IMG/VR virus record: IMGVR_UViG_3300027608_000014
Location: 64,001 to 128,000 of that record
Reading direction: 5' to 3' (one strand)
DNA from: a virus
Length of the DNA: 64,000 nt
A program made the translations under genes and the position numbers. Shown piece by piece: positions 29,320 to 36,877 of this stretch. Below the pieces are notes generated by a model. It was not told the DNA's origin and did no database searches. It saw only the letters and a program-made list of their open reading frames with translations. How positions within the stretch are numbered: the stretch's first letter is position 1; the number at the start of each line of letters is the position of its first letter.

Positions 29320-29523
29320 ATGTCAGAAGAATCCATTACTATTACCCTGGGCCCTGGAGCCCGTAGCAGCAAGTCCGAAACTAAAGGCTTTTTCGGAGGC
29401 GCCTGTAAGACGGCCCTAGCCGCATTCAGCCGACTCTTGGGCACTGTAGAATCTAGCAAGAACACTGCTGAGTTCTACCAGGAAGAAGCCTGCCAGCGCC
29501 AGGAGCAGCTAGCTGGTAAATAG
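29320..29523 (+). CDS. DUF2997 protein
   Basis: ETKGFFGGAC...LLG...TAEFYQ. Confidence 0.75.
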   Translation: MSEESITITLGPGARSSKSETKGFFGGACKTALAAFSRLLGTVESSKNTAEFYQEEACQRQEQLAGK

Positions 29524-29543
29524 TCTAGGTCACTAACTACTTG

Positions 29544-29581
29544 GGGCTTGGGAGCATTGCTGCTCCCAAGCCCTTTTTTTT
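29544..29581 (+). terminator. Intrinsic terminator
   Basis: GGGCTTGGGAGCA/TGCTCCCAAGCCC 13-bp stem followed by T8. Confidence 0.8.
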
Positions 29582-29784
29582 ATGCAAGTCATACACCGAA
29601 CTTACAACACCTCACAAGAGGCCAAAGCATTTTTAGACGGCATTGAGTTTGTCAACGACTCCAGTGTCATGGCCTGGATCAGCAATGTCGACAATTGCGT
29701 TGTCGTCATCGCAGACGAGGACGACAGAGATGACGAGCCTGCCAGTGAAAATTAATTTAGCGCCTTCAAAGAATAAACATTATC

Positions 29785-30063
29785 ATGACAAATCAAGAAG
29801 AAACATTCACCACATTTGTGTCCACAACAGGGGACCTTGCATATCTTCACAAGGAAGCTTTTGACATGGAGGGCTTTGGGCCAAAGATCGTCACTAGAGC
29901 CAGTGAGGTTGAGTTTGATGGCCCCAGCCAAGAGTGGTTTGCCAGGCTCAACGACGGCAAAGAGATTGCTCGGGATAAATCACGGGACGTAGTTCTTGCT
30001 AAAGAGCGGGAGATCATCGACATGATGCTTGCTCATGGAGAGATCATTCCCGGTGTCGACTAA
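29785..30063 (+). CDS. Small hypothetical protein
   Basis: TRASEVEFD...W motif, which I associate with AAA/DUF1257 clusters. Confidence 0.65.
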   Translation: MTNQEETFTTFVSTTGDLAYLHKEAFDMEGFGPKIVTRASEVEFDGPSQEWFARLNDGKEIARDKSRDVVLAKEREIIDMMLAHGEIIPGVD

Positions 30064-30973
30064 ATCCAAAGTTAAGTCTGTGGATCCAACTAAGCCCAAA
30101 CGCTTTGGACCTTCAGATTACAAATCAGTCATCAGGTCTTGGCTAAAACATGAATACCTCTGCGCCAGGACTAGGCCCTGTAATGGCTTGGATGGAATAA
30201 GGATTAATAACGGCAGAATGTTCTATAAAGAAAATACTATTTTTTCCTACACTGACTTCTGGCCCATTGCTCGCATTATCAATAAGCACACCGTACTTAT
30301 AGTAGACGGTGACATACACAATCGAGTCCTAACCCCGATGACTAAGTATCATCTGCGTATGGTCATAGATCACTGCAAGGCTGCAAAGAAAAGAATCCTT
30401 TATGCTCCCTACCCAGTCGCTAGTCATGGTACCAACGTTGATTGTATGGTTTCCTACATCAACTCAGCCATTAATCGCCTGAGGGTCCAAAAGGAGCACC
30501 GCTCGAACAGGGTGACATTTGAAGACCAGGTTACAATGTACGATTCTTGTGCAGGTGATAGGCAGACATATGTGACAAGAAAAAGTGATCTGTCACGGCT
30601 TACAGGGCACATTACAAATCTCTATGCTTATGTAAAATACTTTAAGCTTCGTAAGTCACATGCCGCTCTGCTGTTGAATCTAATGGATAAACATCAAACT
30701 CCAAAGGAAATGGCGCAGAAGAACCTTAGGTCCATTGTCTGCCAGAGATTAAATAATATAGCCGACAGAAGAGAGCGACTGAGGATTGCAAAAAACACAA
30801 AGGCTAAGCAAAAAAGGAAAAGACAAAAGTGGATCAATGAAAAGAAGTTCTATAAGGAGCAGAACTGGCGAATAAGAAAAATCAGTGAGCCCGAGGACAC
30901 TGCGGAAGATCTTTGCGACCAACCTACAAGATTGGTTACACTCAACAGGAGGCCTAAAAACCTATACACATAA
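30053..30973 (+). CDS. Hypothetical basic protein
   Basis: Long ORF; TAATG coupling to the next gene; start uncertain. Confidence 0.6.
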   Translation: MSTKSKVKSVDPTKPKRFGPSDYKSVIRSWLKHEYLCARTRPCNGLDGIRINNGRMFYKENTIFSYTDFWPIARIINKHTVLIVDGDIHNRVLTPMTKYHLRMVIDHCKAAKKRILYAPYPVASHGTNVDCMVSYINSAINRLRVQKEHRSNRVTFEDQVTMYDSCAGDRQTYVTRKSDLSRLTGHITNLYAYVKYFKLRKSHAALLLNLMDKHQTPKEMAQKNLRSIVCQRLNNIADRRERLRIAKNTKAKQKRKRQKWINEKKFYKEQNWRIRKISEPEDTAEDLCDQPTRLVTLNRRPKNLYT

Positions 30974-31998
30974 TGGAAACATCTATCTCAATTACATCAG
31001 ACATTCTCGAACAGGCCCTTCTACTCAATGTTGAAACCGGCATGTGGTCAGGTAAGACATCACAGGATGCCGCTGACCTTGAGGCCCAAGGAGCAAACTC
31101 TCAGGATGAAATTTTTACAAAGGGGCAAAAGCTCCTGGTTCCCAAGACAGCTCTCGAGCCCTTTGCTCGGATCAAGAATCGAATCGTTCAGTATCTTCGT
31201 CGGGAAGCCCGACACTTTTATATCAAGAGTACCTGGGTTGTAGCTCGCGACGCTCGTGAGAAGGTCAGTACTGAAATGGCCAAGTTTGAGGCTGACTGGA
31301 ATGATATCGGAGAACGATTCATCCAGAACCTTCCTCAGTACAAGGCCACAATGCTAGCTATCTACAGAGAGAAGTATCCAACACTGGTAGATCGAATTGA
31401 GGCTCAGTACCCAACGGATGAAACTATCAGAGCTAAGTGCCGACTCCACTGGACATTTGGCGCCTGGCAGATGGCTCAAATCGAAGATGCTGCTGCCGAG
31501 GTCGAAGAGCGTTTTCGCGCTAGAGCTAATTCCTATCTGAGCCAGCTGGAACAAGAAGTCTACGTCTCCTCTGTCGAGGCGGCAGTCGCTATGGCCAAGG
31601 GTATGGGAACCAAGACTGGTGAGATCAGTGATAAAAAGATTGCTAAGTTCAGGTCACTGATCAATCGTATTCGGCAAGACAACGTCTCGTTTTTGAATAG
31701 TGATCGCATTCAGTCGTTCCTCTCAAGTGTTGACGATAACATGCTCAACGTCAATAACTGGCAGACTGAAGGTGAGGCTAAACAGAGAGTAAAGGAGATC
31801 CTCGAGACCTACATCGCAGATGCTTCACTGACCGCTGAGGCTGCAGCTATCGCCAGCGCCTATGTCAGACGTGTGAGTGATGCCACTGAAACCGAAGTCG
31901 AAGAGGAAGAAGACGGTGGCGTTACACAGATTAGACGAGTAAAGGCACAGGGCGCTAATGTCGAAGCTGAAGACGCTGAGGGCGAGACTCAAGAATAA
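30973..31998 (+). CDS. DUF3150-like protein
   Basis: WSG...GQKLLVPKxxLEPFARIK, YP..E.IRAK, helical C-terminus. Confidence 0.65.
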   Translation: METSISITSDILEQALLLNVETGMWSGKTSQDAADLEAQGANSQDEIFTKGQKLLVPKTALEPFARIKNRIVQYLRREARHFYIKSTWVVARDAREKVSTEMAKFEADWNDIGERFIQNLPQYKATMLAIYREKYPTLVDRIEAQYPTDETIRAKCRLHWTFGAWQMAQIEDAAAEVEERFRARANSYLSQLEQEVYVSSVEAAVAMAKGMGTKTGEISDKKIAKFRSLINRIRQDNVSFLNSDRIQSFLSSVDDNMLNVNNWQTEGEAKQRVKEILETYIADASLTAEAAAIASAYVRRVSDATETEVEEEEDGGVTQIRRVKAQGANVEAEDAEGETQE

Positions 31999-33302
31999 TG
32001 AGCGTCCAAGGATATACCGTATCTTTTGTCTCTAAAAAGAAGGGTCATCTACAGGACAAAGTACGCCATTCGTACGGTCGACTTCTAGCTAATCTTGATG
32101 ATCTTAGAATCTCTACTAGACTATTTATGCCTAGCGGAACTCGAGAGTCAGACCAGCTTGCGATCAAAAGCATGGATAATGATCTGCCCCTGCGGGTCCT
32201 CAAGAGTAGCCTACAGAACGTTCTGGATTATGCACCATGTAGGGTCATCTGTGCTCCTGCATCAGAGCTCAAGTTGATTCAGGGTGAGATACTCAGAGAG
32301 CTGGAGCGAATTCCGGTTCATAGGGCTGCCCATGGATTTGTTCGTGGACGCAACTCGCTGAGTTGTGCCCAGGCGCATCTGTCGTACTGGGGACCTCAGC
32401 CTAAGGGCTTAGTTCTCTTAAACGCTGACGTGTCAGGGTTCTTTCACTCTATCTCTAAGGATATGGTAATAACCGCCCTCTCTAAGCACGGACTCTCAGA
32501 TTCTAGTGCCAGTGAGATCGTCAGGCTATGTATGATGCAGGCGTCACCCGAACTGGCCCTAGAGTCAATCCGAAACCTTGGCATCTTTACGGCTTATAAT
32601 AGGACAGAACTCAAGGCAGCGATCTCTGAGCTAAAGCCAGTGTTGGAGTGGGACAATCCAGTTATCGATCAATACCGACATATGATCACCAAAATGATCA
32701 TGGGACTAGGGGCATCTATCCAGCCAAATGGTTGGTTTTTGCCTCAAGGGGCTCCAACCAGTCCGATCCTGTCTAATCTGGTATGTAAGATTGTCGATAT
32801 ACGACTGACTGCAATGGCCAAGGCTTTTGGGGCGTTCTATACGCGCTACGCTGATGATATCACATTCTCCTGGCCTGCTTTTACGAAGGGTAAAGTGATT
32901 GATAGTCTTAAGCGGTGTTCAGCTGAAGTGTTCTCTGAGTACGGAATGGCATACCATCCAAAGAAGATCCGCGTAGTTGGGCCAGGTGGCTCGCAAGACA
33001 TTGTTGGATTCGTGATCAACTCTGGCAAGCCAACGGTTAGTCAGAAGTTCCGGAAGCGAATGAGAGCAGAGGTTTGTGCTCAACAGAAATCTAGAATTGC
33101 GACCCCACAGAGCATCATCAATCGACTGATCGGACAGGCTGGGTACATTCAGCCACTGCACCCTAAGGAAGCACTTTGGATTAAGGAGCAGGTAGAGGAC
33201 TTACAATACAAGACCAATAGAAAAGTGCGGATTAGCAATGCCACGGAAACCATCGAATCGACAACTACGACAAGCAACAGAAAAGTCTCAACAGTCAATT
33301 AG
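31998..33302 (+). CDS. Retron-type reverse transcriptase
   Basis: RVICAP..ELKLIQ; AAHGFVRGRNS..CAQAH (region X-like NAxxH); DVSGFFHSI; LPQGAPTSPILSN; YTRYADDITFS (YADD at 32847-32858); HPKK; IVG (region Y VTG-like). No maturase or endonuclease domain is apparent. Confidence 0.92.
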   Translation: MSVQGYTVSFVSKKKGHLQDKVRHSYGRLLANLDDLRISTRLFMPSGTRESDQLAIKSMDNDLPLRVLKSSLQNVLDYAPCRVICAPASELKLIQGEILRELERIPVHRAAHGFVRGRNSLSCAQAHLSYWGPQPKGLVLLNADVSGFFHSISKDMVITALSKHGLSDSSASEIVRLCMMQASPELALESIRNLGIFTAYNRTELKAAISELKPVLEWDNPVIDQYRHMITKMIMGLGASIQPNGWFLPQGAPTSPILSNLVCKIVDIRLTAMAKAFGAFYTRYADDITFSWPAFTKGKVIDSLKRCSAEVFSEYGMAYHPKKIRVVGPGGSQDIVGFVINSGKPTVSQKFRKRMRAEVCAQQKSRIATPQSIINRLIGQAGYIQPLHPKEALWIKEQVEDLQYKTNRKVRISNATETIESTTTTSNRKVSTVN

Positions 33303-33684
33303 CCCAGATCAGGTATTTACACCAGGCGATCAGGTGCTAGTGAGTATACCGCACGGACCGGGGGAAACCTCAAAAGTGTGGGGCTACGTGTTGAAGTCTA
33401 AGCTGGTCAAAGGTAAGGTTCCAATAGTGGTTGATGCTGTTGTGGTTATCAACAGAGACCTGAGATTTCAACCTGAGTCTTGTGTATTAGTTGATAAAAA
33501 TAATATTATTTGTCACATACCTGTTGATAGTTCCGGCGCAACACTGAGCATTCAGGTCATCGAGGGTGAGATCATAAGCATTAGGAGAATTGATGGACAG
33601 AAGTCCCCAATCATTCTTGAACTGGATGAAGACGGCGATCAGCAGTTGTACTCTGTGACTCATCAGCGCGAGCAGCGAATTTAA
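33238..33684 (+). CDS. Small beta-rich protein (RT-linked accessory candidate)
   Basis: 148-aa ORF overlapping the RT 3' end; FTPGDQVLV..VWGYVL suggests an SH3/KOW-like fold. Confidence 0.55.
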   Translation: MPRKPSNRQLRQATEKSQQSISPDQVFTPGDQVLVSIPHGPGETSKVWGYVLKSKLVKGKVPIVVDAVVVINRDLRFQPESCVLVDKNNIICHIPVDSSGATLSIQVIEGEIISIRRIDGQKSPIILELDEDGDQQLYSVTHQREQRI

Positions 33685-33821
33685 TTTTTAGTGTTGGTTA
33701 CCCATGGGATCTAAGAGGAACCCTCAAGGTCGGTCCCATGAGTAACCCGCTTTTACCCAAAACTGGGTATGGATGAGCTCCTCCCCTTGGGGCGCAGGGC
33801 GAATCCTTATTGAATCTTTTC

Positions 33822-33957
33822 TGAACTGGCTTTGGGCACAATGGCTCTCCCCGAGGGTGCCCGAACGTCCAACACTATGGGCGTTTCTTGCAACCGCACT
33901 TGATGAGTCGAGAGATAAACGAGCCTGGTCGCAGACCAGGCTTGGTATTGCAGTTTA
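33822..33957 (+). ncRNA. Array unit 1
   Basis: TGAACTG-G-C pairs with GCAGTTTA; hairpins 33831-33865, 33864-33885 and CGAGCCTGGTC-GCA-GACCAGGCTTG. Confidence 0.7.
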
Positions 33958-33970
33958 TTTGTTTTTTATC

Positions 33971-34164
33971 AATATCTGGCTAAGGTCTTCAAGGCTTTCT
34001 TTGGCCCAATCGGCCAGAGTCTAACGTAACCGCCGTAAAACGCACAGTGCGACTGATACAGGGTGGGCACGTAACCGTCAGCGGCGGACAGCTTCGACGC
34101 CTCCCCTAACTCCGCTGGCCTAGCACTGACTACCTACGGGCCCACCCCGTATACTGCAGATTTT
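33971..34164 (+). ncRNA. Array unit 2
   Basis: AATATCTG-G-C pairs with GCAGATTTT; two short 5' hairpins; long stem 34056-34073/34135-34152 (16 of 18 paired). Confidence 0.75.
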
Positions 34165-34178
34165 AGTTTTTTTTTGTT

Positions 34179-34429
34179 AGACTTGGCTTGTAATTGTGAG
34201 GTCACCCCTCACAGTTCGTCGGCTGTGCCGACGTCGATTATAACTACCTACAAGGAAGTGGGTACGATCTTTTGCTTACCGATTAGAAGATAATAGCACC
34301 GTATTTAAAGAATAAACAATGTTGGGGGAAGCCCAAGGCGCTGCGGACCCTGCTTCTGCGCCGCCCATTTTTTATTCATTTAAATAAGGCACTATTATAA
34401 TCTAATCGTCTTCGCAAAATTGCTAGTCT
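34179..34429 (+). ncRNA. Array unit 3
   Basis: AGACTTG-G-C pairs with GCTAGTCT (one U-U); short 5' hairpins; ~42-bp imperfect stem 34280-34321/34366-34408. Confidence 0.75.
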
Positions 34430-34444
34430 TTAGGTTTTTACTAC

Positions 34445-34658
34445 GAATTGGCTCAACATCATCCCGATGTCGTCAGCCACCACTGACGTTTTCTGATAGA
34501 TGTTCAGGGTAACCATGAACCGAGGAGATGCTCGGAGTTATCCTGAAAATCTCTAACTCAATTTCGGATATACTCAAAGCCCAAGGGCTATGTATTTCTA
34601 TCCGATACGAGTTAGAGATTTTTCAGGAAACTCCTCGGATCTCCTCCGCTTGCAATTC
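34445..34658 (+). ncRNA. Array unit 4
   Basis: GAATTG-G-C pairs with GCAATTC; hairpins ACATC/GATGT and CGTCAG/CTGACG; long stem 34522-34570/34599-34646. Confidence 0.8.
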
Positions 34659-34671
34659 ACAGTACCTTTCA

Positions 34672-34892
34672 AGAATTTGGCTAAAGCGCAGACTATCGTC
34701 TGCTTTGATCAATGGATGAACGTAATAACCCGGCGCGGTACTCCATGACAGGCGCCTGGGCCTCAACCGGTCGTCGATGGGTCCTACTTTGGGCTGATCG
34801 AAGTCCAAACGCTCACCTACAGGATCTCACCCGTCCAGGACCCATCGACGACCGGTTGCTGCCAGGGCGCCTGTCAGGTTCATGCAAATTCT
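34672..34892 (+). ncRNA. Array unit 5
   Basis: AGAATTTG-G-C pairs with GCAAATTCT; GCAGAC/GTCTGC hairpin; perfect 11-bp (34746-34756/34866-34876) and 22-bp (34764-34785/34837-34858) stems. Confidence 0.85.
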
Positions 34893-34903
34893 AAGTAACT
34901 TTA

Positions 34904-35089
34904 AATAATTTGGCCAAGCGCAGACCGAAGTCTGCTTTGATATATAAGTTGATTACAGTGAGTATGCGGTCGCAGAGCACGCGGAGCTCCGGCTCCACGT
35001 CGCACTCTTGCCACTGCTCTCTCCGAATCCCTCCGTGGCTGCGTTACGACGACGGCCCCGGAGCTCCGCGTGCTCCTTCGCAAATTATT
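34904..35089 (+). ncRNA. Array unit 6
   Basis: AATAATTTG-G-C pairs with GCAAATTATT; GCAGAC/GTCTGC hairpin; perfect 18-bp stem 34975-34992/35058-35075. Confidence 0.85.
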
Positions 35090-35098
35090 GTTCTTTGG

Positions 35099-35239
35099 AA
35101 AGATTTGGCAAGCGCAGGTATCTACCTGCTTTGATTATTGGTCTCATGCACAGGCATGAGTGAGGTGTAATTCCCGGCCGCTTTACCTGGCCGTACGCAA
35201 GAGCGTGCTGCTTCTGGCTAGAATTCCACGCATATCTTT
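35099..35239 (+). ncRNA. Array unit 7
   Basis: AAAGATTTG-G-C pairs with GCATATCTTT (one U-U); GCAGGTA/TACCTGC and CTCATGC/GCATGAG hairpins; only a short branched 3' domain. Confidence 0.75.
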
Positions 35240-35251
35240 TGTACTTTTCAT

Positions 35252-35458
35252 GACTTGGATGAAGCCTTAGGGCTTCCGTACCGACTTTGTCGGTGGTTAA
35301 TTGTAAGACCGCTAGCCTCATAGAGTGGGGGCTACTCGAGCAGGTGGATCCCCCGGGTGCACCCGCCGCTAATCACGTCCAGCCAGCGTATTCTCGCCGC
35401 GAGTACGTGATAACTGCGGAGCACCTCACGGATCCGCCTGCTCGAGTCTTCGCAAGTT
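35252..35458 (+). ncRNA. Array unit 8
   Basis: GACTTG-G pairs with CAAGTT; GAAGCC/GGCTTC and ACCGAC/GTCGGT hairpins; 18-bp stem 35334-35351/35430-35447. Confidence 0.8.
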
Positions 35459-35474
35459 GATCTGTACTTTTCTC

Positions 35475-35702
35475 CTCTTGGCTTGGCCTAACAAGCCTGT
35501 CGATGCTCTCGTGTCGACATTTAAAGCAACTGACCGTCACTGATTACGTGACGTCGGGGTTGGCTCGCCCACCCTCTGTACAAGACGCCCATACCTGCGT
35601 GGGTGCACCTGGCTCAGCCGCCTTCCCGGCCAGGCCAGCTGCCCTCACCCTGGTATTGACATTCTTGTACAACGGGTCGGGCCCGCCATCCCTTCGCAAG
35701 AG
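35475..35702 (+). ncRNA. Array unit 9
   Basis: CTCTTG-G-C pairs with GCAAGAG; three short 5' hairpins; long interrupted stem from 35556 to 35692 including TGTACAAGA/TCTTGTACA. Confidence 0.75.
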
Positions 35703-35710
35703 TTAATAAT

Positions 35711-36166
35711 ATGAACAAAACAATCTATGAAGTATTTTCAGATGGATCAGCAAGCACTCATGGCTGTAAAGCCGGAGGATGGGCAGCTGTAATCCTAAAA
35801 GACGGAAGGCTAAAGAAGATTGTGTACGGAGCTACTTCTGACACTACCATTGGTAAGATGGAGATGCAGGCGCTGACCGAGGCATTCGCTTTCATCAGGG
35901 AACTGCCTGGTGCGTTTGACGCACACATAAAAGCCTTATCAGACAGTCAGTACATAGTGAATTGTGCTGTTGGCAGATATAAACGATCGGCTAATAAGCC
36001 TGAATGGCGCATCTTTGACGCTGCCTCTAAAGGACTAAGCGTAGAGATCGACTGGGTCGGAAGAAATCAAATTCCAGAGCAGGCTCAGTGCGACGAACTT
36101 GCTGGAGCCTGTCGACTTAAAGTGGAAAATTCAAAAAATCACACTCCCATTAGATATAAACAATGA
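35711..36166 (+). CDS. rnhA: Ribonuclease HI
   Basis: VFSDGSA, GGWAAVI, TTIGKMEMQAL, SDSQYIV, WV, CDELA (D-E-D-D catalytic residues). Confidence 0.9.
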   Translation: MNKTIYEVFSDGSASTHGCKAGGWAAVILKDGRLKKIVYGATSDTTIGKMEMQALTEAFAFIRELPGAFDAHIKALSDSQYIVNCAVGRYKRSANKPEWRIFDAASKGLSVEIDWVGRNQIPEQAQCDELAGACRLKVENSKNHTPIRYKQ

Positions 36167-36516
36167 AAATCAAGAGCATCAATCATGCTGGCTTAAGGGC
36201 CAAACTATGGACAGTAAGAAGGCGCTATGCGTATTATATCCAAGGCTGCGCCAGCGATTTCCTTATCGGCAAGAATCACTCAGAGATCAACAGTGACACT
36301 GTGTCAATCAAGGTTGCTACGGAAATCCTAAAAGAACAACTTGAAAAGATCGCCCCGCAGCGAATCAAGTTCCTACGAAAAAGGATCATCAACGATGAAC
36401 TGGAGGCCACCAGAATCCACGATGCCTTAACCAACCTAAGCCTCAAGCGACAAGACAAAAGAAACCTTGCAAAGAGAAAGGCATCAGCCTTGGCGCAGAA
36501 CGCTTACTACAACTAA
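36163..36516 (+). CDS. Hypothetical protein
   Basis: ATGA overlap with the RNase H stop. Confidence 0.55.
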   Translation: MKIKSINHAGLRAKLWTVRRRYAYYIQGCASDFLIGKNHSEINSDTVSIKVATEILKEQLEKIAPQRIKFLRKRIINDELEATRIHDALTNLSLKRQDKRNLAKRKASALAQNAYYN

Positions 36517-36877
36517 TATGTTAAAAACCTATCAAGCTCAATACAAGGATGAGTGGTACCAGTTCTTATGCGTCAGTGGTTTTCATATGAACCCTGAGCG
36601 GCTAGGGAACATTAGAGGCGTACCGAGTATGAGAGTTCCTAGTTGCAAGGAGAAACTATAGATGGCTTATGATTATCTACAGAGTATAGAGGAAAAGCAG
36701 ACGCTTCCTGAGCCAAAGATCTGTAATCACACACACCAAGAGCAGACCAACAGTGGATACCTAATCTGCTCTAGCTGTGGAAGATTAGACCCAGATAATG
36801 ACCAAGATAAAGAGCAATAAAATAAACACCTACAAGAGAGACCACACGGTCAATGTAAGTATAATAAAAAAAAATCT

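Larger units (their letters stand above)
33822..35702 (+). repeat. Tandem array of nine retron msr-msd-like structured ncRNA units
   Basis: Each unit opens with TGG(C) and closes with GCW plus a unit-specific complement. Spacing from the closing G to the next GG is 28, 29, 28, 27, 28, 27, 27 and 28 nt. Linkers are U-rich. Confidence 0.85.

Noticed and set aside
33888-33953. Hammerhead ribozyme in unit 1 (TTGATGAGTC-GAGA-GATAAAC)
   Set aside because: The core deviates at essential positions (TTGA for CTGA, TAAA for CGAAA), and stem I is not adjacent to the core.
33690-35705. CRISPR array
   Set aside because: There are no near-identical repeats, the intervening units are 136-251 nt and highly structured, and no cas genes are in the window.
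31998-35705. Diversity-generating retroelement or group II intron
   Set aside because: No TR/VR pair differing at adenines and no Avd-like gene was seen. There is no GUGYG start, domain V or maturase domain, and the RT motifs are retron-like.
33773-35706. Short ORFs (60-83 aa) listed inside the array
   Set aside because: They lie on both strands, lack protein-like motifs and cut across the repeating RNA structure, so they are most likely spurious.
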